Below, piece after piece: positions 9,805 to 18,291 of a DNA stretch of 34,124 nt. The stretch's first letter is position 1; every line of letters starts with the position of its first letter. The stretch is taken from sequence record DRR723986_5413. One strand, 5' to 3'. The translations under genes were made by a program, and so were the position numbers. The notes beneath the pieces were generated by a model, which was given only the letters and a program-made list of their open reading frames with translations, ran no database searches and had not been told where the DNA came from.

Positions 9805-9981
9805 GCGCTCGCTTACTCTTTAAAACAGTTATCCTGAGCACTTAGCCGCCACATACACGGCGTGGGGCGGGCAGATACTCAACGGCACCGTACATGGCAA
9901 CTCGGGCGCGGCCCACACCGCGCCTGCAGCTTCTGCCATGCCAGCTACTGGAACTGCCAGAGCCAGAGGGCGAATCCGGGA

Positions 9982-10138
9982 GCCGCTGTGAGCCGGGGCG
10001 GGGAGGGTACGGCTTCGCGGCGGCGGCCCTCCGGGCTGCCCTCGGTCGGTCAGGAGCCCGGTTCCCGGTCTCCCTCCACTCCCTCGGCGCTCGCCTCTGA
10101 TGCTGCGCCGTACCCTCCCCGCCCCGGCTCACTGCGGC
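9982..10138. repeat. 157-bp element bounded by 32-bp inverted repeats (REP-doublet/MITE-like)
   Basis: 9982-10013 GCCGCTGTGAGCCGGGGCGGGGAGGGTACGGC matches the reverse complement of 10107-10138 at 31/32 positions; lies between convergent rpiA and the FAD oxidoreductase. Confidence 0.85.
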
Positions 10139-10167
10139 ACCAATACCCCCTCGAAACCCAGCCGTTA

Positions 10168-11580
10168 TCAGAGATCGAAAATCTTCCCCGGATTCATAAT
10201 CCCGTGCGGATCAAAAGCCAGTTTGATCTGGCGCATGATCGCCAGCTCGGCGTCACTGACGCTGTAGGAGAGGTAGGGTTTCTTCAGCAGCCCGACCCCA
10301 TGTTCGGCGGACACGCTGCCACCGTGGGCCTGAACCCTGTCGAACACCTGCCGGCTCACCTCGCCGCAACGCTGCTGGAAGTCGGCCATCGGCATGGCTT
10401 CCGGCTTCAGTACATTGAGATGGACGTTACCGTCACCGATGTGGCCGAACCAGACGATCTCGAACTCGGGATACTGGGCATGGACCACGGCCTCGACCTC
10501 GGCCAGCAGCACCGGCACCCGGGATATCACAGTCGAAATGTCGTTCTTGTAGGGCGTCCACCGGGAAATCGTTTCCGAAATGTCCTCGCGCAGGCGCCAC
10601 AGATCCCGTGCCTGGGCCAGGGACCCGCTGATCACCCCGTCCAGCACCCAGCCCTGCGCCACACAATCCTCGAACACGGCCATGGCCCGGTCACCGGCGG
10701 CGTCATCGGTGAACTCTACCAGGGCGTAAAACGGGGCGGGCTCGGGAAACGGCCGTTGCAGACCGCGATGGGTGACGACTTTCTGCAGGGCCAACTCGGA
10801 GAAGAACTCGAAGGCCTCCAGTTCCAGGCTGTCGCGGCAGCGCGCGAGCACCTGCATGATCGAGGCCATATCGGGAGTTCCCAGCACCATCACCGCGAGA
10901 TTATCCGGCGGCGCGGACAGCTTCATCGTTGCTTCCACCACCAGGCCCAGGGTGCCCTCGGCGCCAACGACCAGGTGACGCAGGTCGTAACCAACGTTGT
11001 TCTTCACCAGGCCGCGATTGAGATCGAGCAATTCGCCAGTACCAGTAACCAGCTTCAGGCCCGCCACCTGGTCGCGGGTCATGCCGTGCCGAATCACCTT
11101 GATACCGCCGGCATTGGTGGCGATGTTGCCCCCGATCTGGCTGGAGCCGCTGGAAGCAAAATCTACCGGGTAGCCAAGCCCCTGTTCCTCGGCGAAGGCC
11201 TGCAGACGTGCGGTCACCACCCCCGCGCCGCAGCGCACGGTCCGGTCCACCGGGTCGAAGTCGGCAATCTCATCCAGCCGCTCCAGGGAGACTACCAGTT
11301 CCCCCGCAGCCGCCACGGCGCCCCCGCTGTAGCCCGTGCGACCGCCGGAGGGCACGATGGCCAGGCGGTGCTTGCCGGCCAGGCGCACCAGGGCCTGTAC
11401 TTCCGCCACCGTCCCGGGGAGGGCAACAGCACAGGGGTTTGGCTGGTATACGCGGGTCCAGTCGCAACCGTAGGCGGCCAGGGAGTCACTGTCGGTCAGC
11501 AGGGCATCTGGCCCGACAATCTCCACAAATTCAGCCCGGAGATTCGGGTCCAGGGGGGCGGAGACGGGGGAATCCGGCAT
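10168..11580 (-). CDS. FAD-binding oxidoreductase (VAO/GlcD family), probable D-2-hydroxyglutarate dehydrogenase
   Basis: PSGGRTGYSGGA, DFASSGSSQIGGNIATNAGG, GAEGTLG, FGHIGDGNVHLN, SAEHGVG, DPHGIMNPGK. Start ATG 11580; the ORF-track extension to 11958 overlaps the sigma gene. Confidence 0.85.
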   Translation of the reverse strand: MPDSPVSAPLDPNLRAEFVEIVGPDALLTDSDSLAAYGCDWTRVYQPNPCAVALPGTVAEVQALVRLAGKHRLAIVPSGGRTGYSGGAVAAAGELVVSLERLDEIADFDPVDRTVRCGAGVVTARLQAFAEEQGLGYPVDFASSGSSQIGGNIATNAGGIKVIRHGMTRDQVAGLKLVTGTGELLDLNRGLVKNNVGYDLRHLVVGAEGTLGLVVEATMKLSAPPDNLAVMVLGTPDMASIMQVLARCRDSLELEAFEFFSELALQKVVTHRGLQRPFPEPAPFYALVEFTDDAAGDRAMAVFEDCVAQGWVLDGVISGSLAQARDLWRLREDISETISRWTPYKNDISTVISRVPVLLAEVEAVVHAQYPEFEIVWFGHIGDGNVHLNVLKPEAMPMADFQQRCGEVSRQVFDRVQAHGGSVSAEHGVGLLKKPYLSYSVSDAELAIMRQIKLAFDPHGIMNPGKIFDL

Positions 11581-11737
11581 AATTACGCTGCGGTCTGGTA
11601 AAGGGAAAATATGGTAGCATGCGCGACTTTTTTCGAACCGGCCCTCGCGGGGGGCGCGTAAGCAACTATGCGGGGCATGGACTGCCCGCTCAGCCCTTGC
11701 GTAACATTCCCCAAGGCCCGGCAACAGGCAACAACCG

Positions 11738-12313
11738 GTGGATTCATCCGATCCCGTGAGTGACCACGCGAAAAAGCAGTTCCTGGAAGAACTCGTCCAG
11801 GAACACGGCCTGTACCTGGAAAAATACCTCGCCCGCAAGCTGGACAGTCCTGAAGACGCAGCCGAGGTAGCCCAGGAGGCTTTTCTGCGCCTGCACCGCC
11901 TGGAGGCTCCCGAGCAACTCGACAACGCCCGCGCATTCCTGTTCCAGGTTGCCACCAACCTGGCGGTAGACCAGCTACGCCGTCGGCAGCTTCACTTCCG
12001 CTTCATCCGCGTCGAGAAAAGCCTGGCGCCGGAAGGCGAACCCATCGACATCAATGCCAGCGCCGCTTCACCCGAACAGATACTCGGTGCCAGGGAAAAG
12101 CTGGCCACTATCTACCGCGCAATCGACGAACTACCGCTGAAGGTCAGGCAGGCCTTCCTGCTCCACCGGCAGAGCGGCATGTCCTACAACGACATTGCCC
12201 AGGAGATGCAGGTTTCAGTATCAAGTGTCGAAAAATACATCCTGCAGGCGCTGAAGCACTGTCGAACAAGCCTGGCGACTTATTTCCCGGGCGATGATAA
12301 ACCGGAAAATTGA
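11738..12313 (+). CDS. ECF RNA polymerase sigma factor, FecI-like
   Basis: Region 2 DAAEVAQEAFLRL...AFLFQVATNLAVD; region 4 LPLKVRQAFLLHRQSGMSYNDIAQEMQVSVSSVEKY; upstream of fecR. Confidence 0.93.
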   Translation: MDSSDPVSDHAKKQFLEELVQEHGLYLEKYLARKLDSPEDAAEVAQEAFLRLHRLEAPEQLDNARAFLFQVATNLAVDQLRRRQLHFRFIRVEKSLAPEGEPIDINASAASPEQILGAREKLATIYRAIDELPLKVRQAFLLHRQSGMSYNDIAQEMQVSVSSVEKYILQALKHCRTSLATYFPGDDKPEN

Positions 12314-12437
12314 TGATTTTTTTATGCGGGATAGGCCCGCTTGCTCGTTAAACGAAGACAACAATACAACTCACCGGGCCAACCGACCCGGGCCGTGGTA
12401 GGGATGCGAGGGCAGGACTGTCTTCGCGTGGGAACAA

Positions 12438-13421
12438 GTGATGAAACAGGCGCGCACAGAGCAGTACGAGCAGGAGTGTGAAGCCGCACTGGGCTGGATT
12501 GCCCGGCTGCGCCGTCATGACACTGCTGATCAGGACCGGGCGGACTTCGCCCTGTGGCTGGCAGGTAGCGCCGATCGTCGGCACGCCATGGATGCCATGC
12601 TTGATCTCTGGGACGACCTCGGCGTCGTCCGCGAGCTGACTTTCCCCGAAACCGCGCCTCAAGAAGCGGCAAATCAATCCCGCTTCTGGTTGGGCTCCGC
12701 AGTAGCGGCGGCGGCCTGCCTGGTGGTCGCTATTCTGCTCTGGCCGCTGGGCCAGCAGGTTTCCGAGCCACTGGAATTCCGCACCGCGATCGGCGAGCGC
12801 CAGAGTTTCGAACTGCAGGACAGCTCGAGGCTTAACCTGAACACCAACTCGCAGGTAAGCGTGCACTTTGCCGACGACCAGCGCCAGCTGATCCTGGTTA
12901 GCGGGGAAGCCTTCTTCGAAGTGGCACCGGATGCGGACCGCCCGTTCCACGTGGACGCGGGCAACACCCGGACTACCGCTATCGGCACCGCCTTTAACAT
13001 CCGGCGCACTGAGGACAGCACCCAGGTCACCGTTACCGAAGGCGTCGTCCGGGTTGTCGAGCTGGGCGACACCGGCAATCGAGCGCCCCACCAGGATACC
13101 CTGCGCGCCAGCCAGCGGCTGCTCGCCACGCGTCAAGGCCTGGGCGCTGCCGAAGCGGTCGACGACGACCGGGACATTGCCTGGCGCAATGGTGAACTGA
13201 TCGCGGATGGCATGTCATTGCACGATCTGGCCAGGGAGATCGAGCGCTATCACGACACCCATATCCTCATTGCCGACCGCGACCTGGCCGCACTTTCCGT
13301 CTCCGGCGTGTTTCGCCTGGACCAGCCGGACACCATGCTGCAGGCTGTGGCGCTCAGTCTCGATCTGCAGATCAAGCCCCTCGATGAACACAGCGTGCAG
13401 TTGCTGAAAGCCCCCCGGTAA
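12438..13421 (+). CDS. FecR-family anti-sigma/transmembrane sensor
   Basis: N-terminal AxxW...FxxWL motif, TM helix, TAIGE...LQDSSRLNLNTNS, GEAFFEVAPD, AIGTAFNI, AWRNG, VSGVF. Confidence 0.93.
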   Translation: MMKQARTEQYEQECEAALGWIARLRRHDTADQDRADFALWLAGSADRRHAMDAMLDLWDDLGVVRELTFPETAPQEAANQSRFWLGSAVAAAACLVVAILLWPLGQQVSEPLEFRTAIGERQSFELQDSSRLNLNTNSQVSVHFADDQRQLILVSGEAFFEVAPDADRPFHVDAGNTRTTAIGTAFNIRRTEDSTQVTVTEGVVRVVELGDTGNRAPHQDTLRASQRLLATRQGLGAAEAVDDDRDIAWRNGELIADGMSLHDLAREIERYHDTHILIADRDLAALSVSGVFRLDQPDTMLQAVALSLDLQIKPLDEHSVQLLKAPR

Positions 13422-13543
13422 GATATAACAATCCCTCGGGTCCACTCGTGGACTAAAAATTCACATTTTTCAAAAGGTTACGACCACGGGTCGGGGCCTC
13501 TACTGCCATGTCGTTTGCGCTGCCGGCAAGACGTCGTTCAGGG

Positions 13544-16501
13544 ATGAACACCGCACCAATACGCACTGTACGGCACCTGGCCGTTGCAGCCCTCCTGCTG
13601 TGCCTGTCGCTGACGGTCCGCGCCAACATGGCCACGACCTCCCATTTCGTCATCGATGCCCCCCAGCTGTCCCCCGCGCTGATCCAGTTCAGTCGCCAGA
13701 GCGGGCTGTCGATCGTGTTCCCCGACCACGTTACCCGCAACCTCAGCAGTGACCCGGTCATCGGGACCCTGAGCAATGCCGAGGCGCTGGACAGCCTGCT
13801 GGAGGACACCAGGCTCGAGTGGCAACTGGTAGAAAGCCGGATCATCGCGATACATGAGAGCGACTGCGCCCGCCGACGCGATTGCGCGACCACCGAAGAC
13901 ATCCTTGAGCGCTATCCGGTCTATGTTCCGGGCATGGAGCAGACCTACGTCTACGGCAGCCAGATGACCGGTTCCCGGATCCGGCGCCCCGGCTACGACA
14001 GCGCCGCGCCAGTGGATGTGCTCTCTGCCCCCGACATCGAGCGCAGCGGTGCGCAGACCCTGGGTGAATTGCTCAAGTTCGTCCCGGCGGTGGCGGGCAA
14101 TTCGCTCAGCACCGCGATATCGAACGGCGGTGACGGCACGGCAACTGTGACCCTGCGCGGCCTGCCGGCCAGCAATACCCTGGTCCTTATCGATGGCCGG
14201 CGGGTGGCCAACGATGGGCTGGCCGGGGATTCAGTCGACCTGAACAGCATTCCACCGGCGGCCGTGGAGCGGATCGAGATCCTCAAGGACGGCGCTTCGG
14301 CAATCTATGGCTCGGACGCCATCGCCGGCGTGGTCAACGTGATCATGAAGCGCGATTTTTACGGCTTTCTGGGCGAAACCTATTACGGACAGGCCGCGGC
14401 CGGCGATCTCGAAACCCAGACCCACACCGTGCAGTACGGAACCGGCTTCCAGCGTGGTTCATTCTTCGTTTCGGCATCCCACTACAGCCAGGACCCCATT
14501 TTCAGCCGCGACCGCGACGTCTCGCGCTCTGCGGATACTCGCCTGCTGGGCGGCAGCGACCAGCGCTCCAGCGCTACGCCCGATGCGCGGGTAGTGCTGC
14601 CCGACGGCAGCGCACTGATTGCGACCAGCGAAGGCTATCGGCCGGTCGGTGAGGAGGATCGTTTCGACTACCCCGCCTTTACCTCCGCTGTTGTACCCCT
14701 GGAACGTACCAGCCTGTACAGCAATGCCAGTTTTGACTTCAGCGACCAGGTAGTCGCCTACATCGACGCCAGCTATGTCGATACCGATGCCACCGCGACC
14801 CTGGCACCGGTGCCGGTGTTCACGGCGTTCGAACAAGTGCCGATCACCGTGGCGGCGGACACAATCTACAATCCGTTCAACGTCCCCCTTGAGGATGTCC
14901 GGCGGCGGCTGGTGGAGGCCCCCACGCGGACCCAGCGCAACGACTCCAACACCACCCGCTTCGGCCTGTCGCTGGAGGGCCTCGCGGCCGACTGGAACTG
15001 GGACCTGAGTTATAGCTGGAGCCGGACCGAGGCTCGGGAGACCCTGCTTAACCTGGTGGACGCCGACCGGCTCGCCCGCGCGGTGGGGCCCGCCAGCGGC
15101 TGCCAGGGTGCTGAGCTCGATGGCTGTACGCCGGTGAACCTGGTCGGCCCCGCGGGGAGCATTACCCCGGCGCAAGTTGATTACCTGCTCACCCGTGCCG
15201 AGATTACGGGCTACGCCAAGCTCGCCAGCTTCAGCAGCCACATCAGCCGCTCCCTGTTTGACATGCCCGGCGGCCGCGGCGACCTGGCCCTGGGGGTAGA
15301 GCATCGCATGGAGTCCATCCGGCAACGGCCCGATGCCCTGCTCACCGCCAACGGCACCGTGGGCGGCACCAACCGTCAGCCCAGCAAGGGCGACCGGCGG
15401 ATCATGGAATTCTACGCGGAGACGATCCTGCCAATGTGGCGCTCTGAGAGTGGCCTGTCATCGCTGGTGCTGGAAGCCGCGTTGCGCTATTCCGACTACA
15501 GCGACTTCGGCGACAGCAGTACCCCGAAGCTCGGTGCCAGACTCCAGCTCGGCCCAAGCGTCCTGCTGCGTGCCACCTACGCGCGGGGATTCCGCGCGCC
15601 CAGCCTGAACGAACTTTACGAGGGCAACAGCGAAAGCCAGGCCTTCATCAGCGACCCCTGCACCCAGGCCAGCAATGTCGCGGTCCTGCCCGGCTGCTCG
15701 CAGCAGGCGGACCCCAGCCGAATCCAGTTTCTGACGGTGAACGGCGGCAACCCGGAACTGGAGGCAGAGACTGCGAACAGTTTCAGCGCGGGCATGGTGT
15801 GGACGCCGGACTTTCTCACGGGACTGACGATGTCGGCAGATGTCTTCCAGATCGAACAGCAAGATGTGGTGGCATCCAGCGCCCAGTTCATCGTCAACCA
15901 GAACGCACGCTTCGGCCGCTTCGAAGACAATGTCCAGCGTGACCAGGCCGGCAATCTCAGTCTGGTCACGGCAACCAATATCAACGTCGGTGAACGCGAT
16001 ATCCGCGGCCTCGACCTGGCGTTCAATTACCAGTACCCCGCGCGTCGCCTGGGCAAGTTCTCGATCGTCGGTAATGCCACCTACATCGACCAGTTCCTGG
16101 CCAGGCTGGATGCCTCCGCGCCGTCCCTGGACCTGGCGGGGACGTTTCGCGACGAGGCCTCGGAGGGACTGGGCGGAATTCCGGAGTGGAAAGCACAGGT
16201 AGGCTTGCGCTGGGCGCGGGAGCGCTGGCGGGCCAGCTACGATTTTCACTTTGTGAGCGAGCTGGAAGAGATTGTCCCGGGAACCGGGGCAACGCGTTCG
16301 ATCGATGACTGGCTGGTGCAGGATATCCAGCTGAGCTACAAATTCGACGTGCTGGAGGGCCTGCGGCTCAGCCTGGGCGTGGACAACATCTTTGATGAGG
16401 AAGCACCGCTGGCAGCCTCAGCCTTCAACGACAATATCGATGGACGCACCCATGAACTCAAAGGCCGGTATTGGTACACCAAGCTGAGTCAGCGGTTTTG
16501 A
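13544..16501 (+). CDS. TonB-dependent receptor/transducer with N-terminal STN signalling domain
   Basis: Signal peptide ending VRA; STN-like segment (QLSPALIQFSRQSGLSIVF...EALDSLLEDTRL); plug motifs LRGL, TLVLIDGRR, IEILKDGASAIYGSDAIAGVVNVI; FRAPSL; C-terminal F. Alternative start 13508. Confidence 0.93.
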   Translation: MNTAPIRTVRHLAVAALLLCLSLTVRANMATTSHFVIDAPQLSPALIQFSRQSGLSIVFPDHVTRNLSSDPVIGTLSNAEALDSLLEDTRLEWQLVESRIIAIHESDCARRRDCATTEDILERYPVYVPGMEQTYVYGSQMTGSRIRRPGYDSAAPVDVLSAPDIERSGAQTLGELLKFVPAVAGNSLSTAISNGGDGTATVTLRGLPASNTLVLIDGRRVANDGLAGDSVDLNSIPPAAVERIEILKDGASAIYGSDAIAGVVNVIMKRDFYGFLGETYYGQAAAGDLETQTHTVQYGTGFQRGSFFVSASHYSQDPIFSRDRDVSRSADTRLLGGSDQRSSATPDARVVLPDGSALIATSEGYRPVGEEDRFDYPAFTSAVVPLERTSLYSNASFDFSDQVVAYIDASYVDTDATATLAPVPVFTAFEQVPITVAADTIYNPFNVPLEDVRRRLVEAPTRTQRNDSNTTRFGLSLEGLAADWNWDLSYSWSRTEARETLLNLVDADRLARAVGPASGCQGAELDGCTPVNLVGPAGSITPAQVDYLLTRAEITGYAKLASFSSHISRSLFDMPGGRGDLALGVEHRMESIRQRPDALLTANGTVGGTNRQPSKGDRRIMEFYAETILPMWRSESGLSSLVLEAALRYSDYSDFGDSSTPKLGARLQLGPSVLLRATYARGFRAPSLNELYEGNSESQAFISDPCTQASNVAVLPGCSQQADPSRIQFLTVNGGNPELEAETANSFSAGMVWTPDFLTGLTMSADVFQIEQQDVVASSAQFIVNQNARFGRFEDNVQRDQAGNLSLVTATNINVGERDIRGLDLAFNYQYPARRLGKFSIVGNATYIDQFLARLDASAPSLDLAGTFRDEASEGLGGIPEWKAQVGLRWARERWRASYDFHFVSELEEIVPGTGATRSIDDWLVQDIQLSYKFDVLEGLRLSLGVDNIFDEEAPLAASAFNDNIDGRTHELKGRYWYTKLSQRF

Positions 16502-16515
16502 GCAGCACTGACGGG

Positions 16516-17421
16516 ATGAGCTCCAGCGATCCGTGGTCCCTCTACTGGCAGGGCGGCCAGCTTCACAGCTGCATCACCACGCAGGACCCCGGTGACCAGG
16601 GGCCGATCGAAGCGCTCTGGGCAGACCTGGCCAAGAGCCTGCCGCCGGCTGCGCGCGTGCTGGACCTCGCCAGCGGCAACGGCGCTGTGCCGCGGGCCCT
16701 GCTGGCAGCCAATCCGGGGCTGGCTATCACCGCCGCAGACCTGGCAGATATCGCCCCGGAAAAACTGCAGGCCAGCTTCGAGGTCCTGGCCAGGGTGACT
16801 TTTCTTCCCAGGACAGACATCTGCAAGCTGCCGTTCACCGACGCGCAGTTCGACGCGGCCACCAGTCAGTTCGGACTGGAATACGCGCCCCGTGAACCGG
16901 CACTGCGAGAAGCCGCGCGAGTAATGAAACCCGGCGCCCCACTGCGCCTGCTGTTGCACCACCGCGACAGCGGGGTCGTACGCCCGGCGGCAGCAGTGAT
17001 CGCGGAGATCGGGCGCCTGTTCCAACCCGGCGGACTGCTGGAAGCGCTTAGGCAATTCATCGCCGGCGATTGCGATCTGCCTGGTCTGGAAACTGCGGGG
17101 CAGGCCTACCTCAACAATCCGCAGGAAAAAACCCGCCACATATCCGGCCAGATCCTGACCGGCATCGGCCAGGTGATCCGGGATTTCCAACGCGATCCCG
17201 CACGCGCCGGCGCGCTGGCGCGGTCAATGCAGGAGCGCCTGCATGCGGAGCGCCTGCGCCTCGCGCAGCTGCAATCCGCCGCACTGGACCCGGCTGGCAT
17301 GGAGAGCTTTTGTGCGACAGCCAAGGCGGCCGGCTTCGCGGTGGAGCTCGTCGAAGCACTGCGGACGGGTGAGGACCGCGAGGCACTGGTGGGCTGGGAG
17401 CTGCGGGCCCGGCGGAAGTAG
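16516..17421 (+). CDS. Class I SAM-dependent methyltransferase
   Basis: VLDLASGNG (motif I), LPFTDAQFDAATSQFGLEY, RVMKPGA; start ATG 16516, 15 nt after the receptor stop. Confidence 0.88.
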   Translation: MSSSDPWSLYWQGGQLHSCITTQDPGDQGPIEALWADLAKSLPPAARVLDLASGNGAVPRALLAANPGLAITAADLADIAPEKLQASFEVLARVTFLPRTDICKLPFTDAQFDAATSQFGLEYAPREPALREAARVMKPGAPLRLLLHHRDSGVVRPAAAVIAEIGRLFQPGGLLEALRQFIAGDCDLPGLETAGQAYLNNPQEKTRHISGQILTGIGQVIRDFQRDPARAGALARSMQERLHAERLRLAQLQSAALDPAGMESFCATAKAAGFAVELVEALRTGEDREALVGWELRARRK

Positions 17422-17481
17422 GTGCCACAGGCGGCGCTGGAAGGTATCATGCGCAGCCACTGTTTTACTTAAGGACGAGAC

Positions 17482-18270
17482 ATGACTGATACTTCGCAAA
17501 CGGCCGGTGGTGCCGGAATTCGCGCCCCCGAAGGAACGATGTTCCTGTACAAGCAACCGGAATTTCTGAACCGGGAAGAACACGGCAAACTGGGCTGGAG
17601 AACGCCGGAGAAGCCCTTCGAATTCGCCGCCAACATCACCTCAGTACCGCTGGTTGCCACCGAAATCAGCTCCGCGCAGAAGAACTACCCGGTCGTATTT
17701 TCCGGCAAGGAAAACGCGGTGCCCCTGGCCGTGGTCTCGCTGATGAAGGACCGGAATATGTTTGTCGATGGAGACGGCAAGTGGGAGGCCGGCGCCTACA
17801 TTCCATCCTATCTGCGCCGCCATCCCTTCGCCACGGCAATGGGCCAGGACGACCAGTTCGCAATTGTCATCGACCGCGCCTCAGCCGCCATCAGTGACAA
17901 TCCGGAAACCCCGTTCTTCAACGGTGACGTGGTTTCTGAACAAACCCAGGGCATGATCGATTTCTGCGGCCGCTTCGAAGCCGAGCGCCGCCGGACCAAG
18001 GAATTCAGTGACAAGCTGGCCGAGCTCAACCTGCTAAGGGAGCAGCAGGCCACCGCCGGCGAAGGCGACCAGGCGAAGCCCATAGCGAGCTACTTCGCGG
18101 TAGACGTGGACAAGCTGAACGAGCTGCCGGCCGAGGAGCTGCTCACCCTGCACCGGGCCGGCTACCTGTCCTTCATTTTTGCGCACTTGTTCTCGCTGGA
18201 AAACTGGAACCGGCTGCTCGCCCGCCGGGCCGGCATGATCGCCGAGGCCGACGCTCGGGTCCAGATCTAG
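17482..18270 (+). CDS. SapC family protein
   Basis: LYKQPEFLNREEH, YPVVF, NMFVD..GKW...YIPSYLRRHPF, DVDKLNELP, FAHLFSLENW; strong TAAGGA RBS. Confidence 0.88.
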   Translation: MTDTSQTAGGAGIRAPEGTMFLYKQPEFLNREEHGKLGWRTPEKPFEFAANITSVPLVATEISSAQKNYPVVFSGKENAVPLAVVSLMKDRNMFVDGDGKWEAGAYIPSYLRRHPFATAMGQDDQFAIVIDRASAAISDNPETPFFNGDVVSEQTQGMIDFCGRFEAERRRTKEFSDKLAELNLLREQQATAGEGDQAKPIASYFAVDVDKLNELPAEELLTLHRAGYLSFIFAHLFSLENWNRLLARRAGMIAEADARVQI

Positions 18271-18291
18271 CGGCCTGGTCCCGATCGGCCA

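Noticed and set aside
9982-10138. CRISPR array or tRNA
   Set aside because: Only one inverted pair; no spaced direct repeats, cas genes or cloverleaf motifs.
9862-11601. 579-aa plus-strand ORF
   Set aside because: Antisense to the FAD oxidoreductase and runs through the inverted repeat; no motifs; typical high-GC shadow ORF.
11581-11958. N-terminal extension of the FAD oxidoreductase in the ORF track
   Set aside because: Overlaps the sigma factor on the other strand; family-like sequence begins at ATG 11580.
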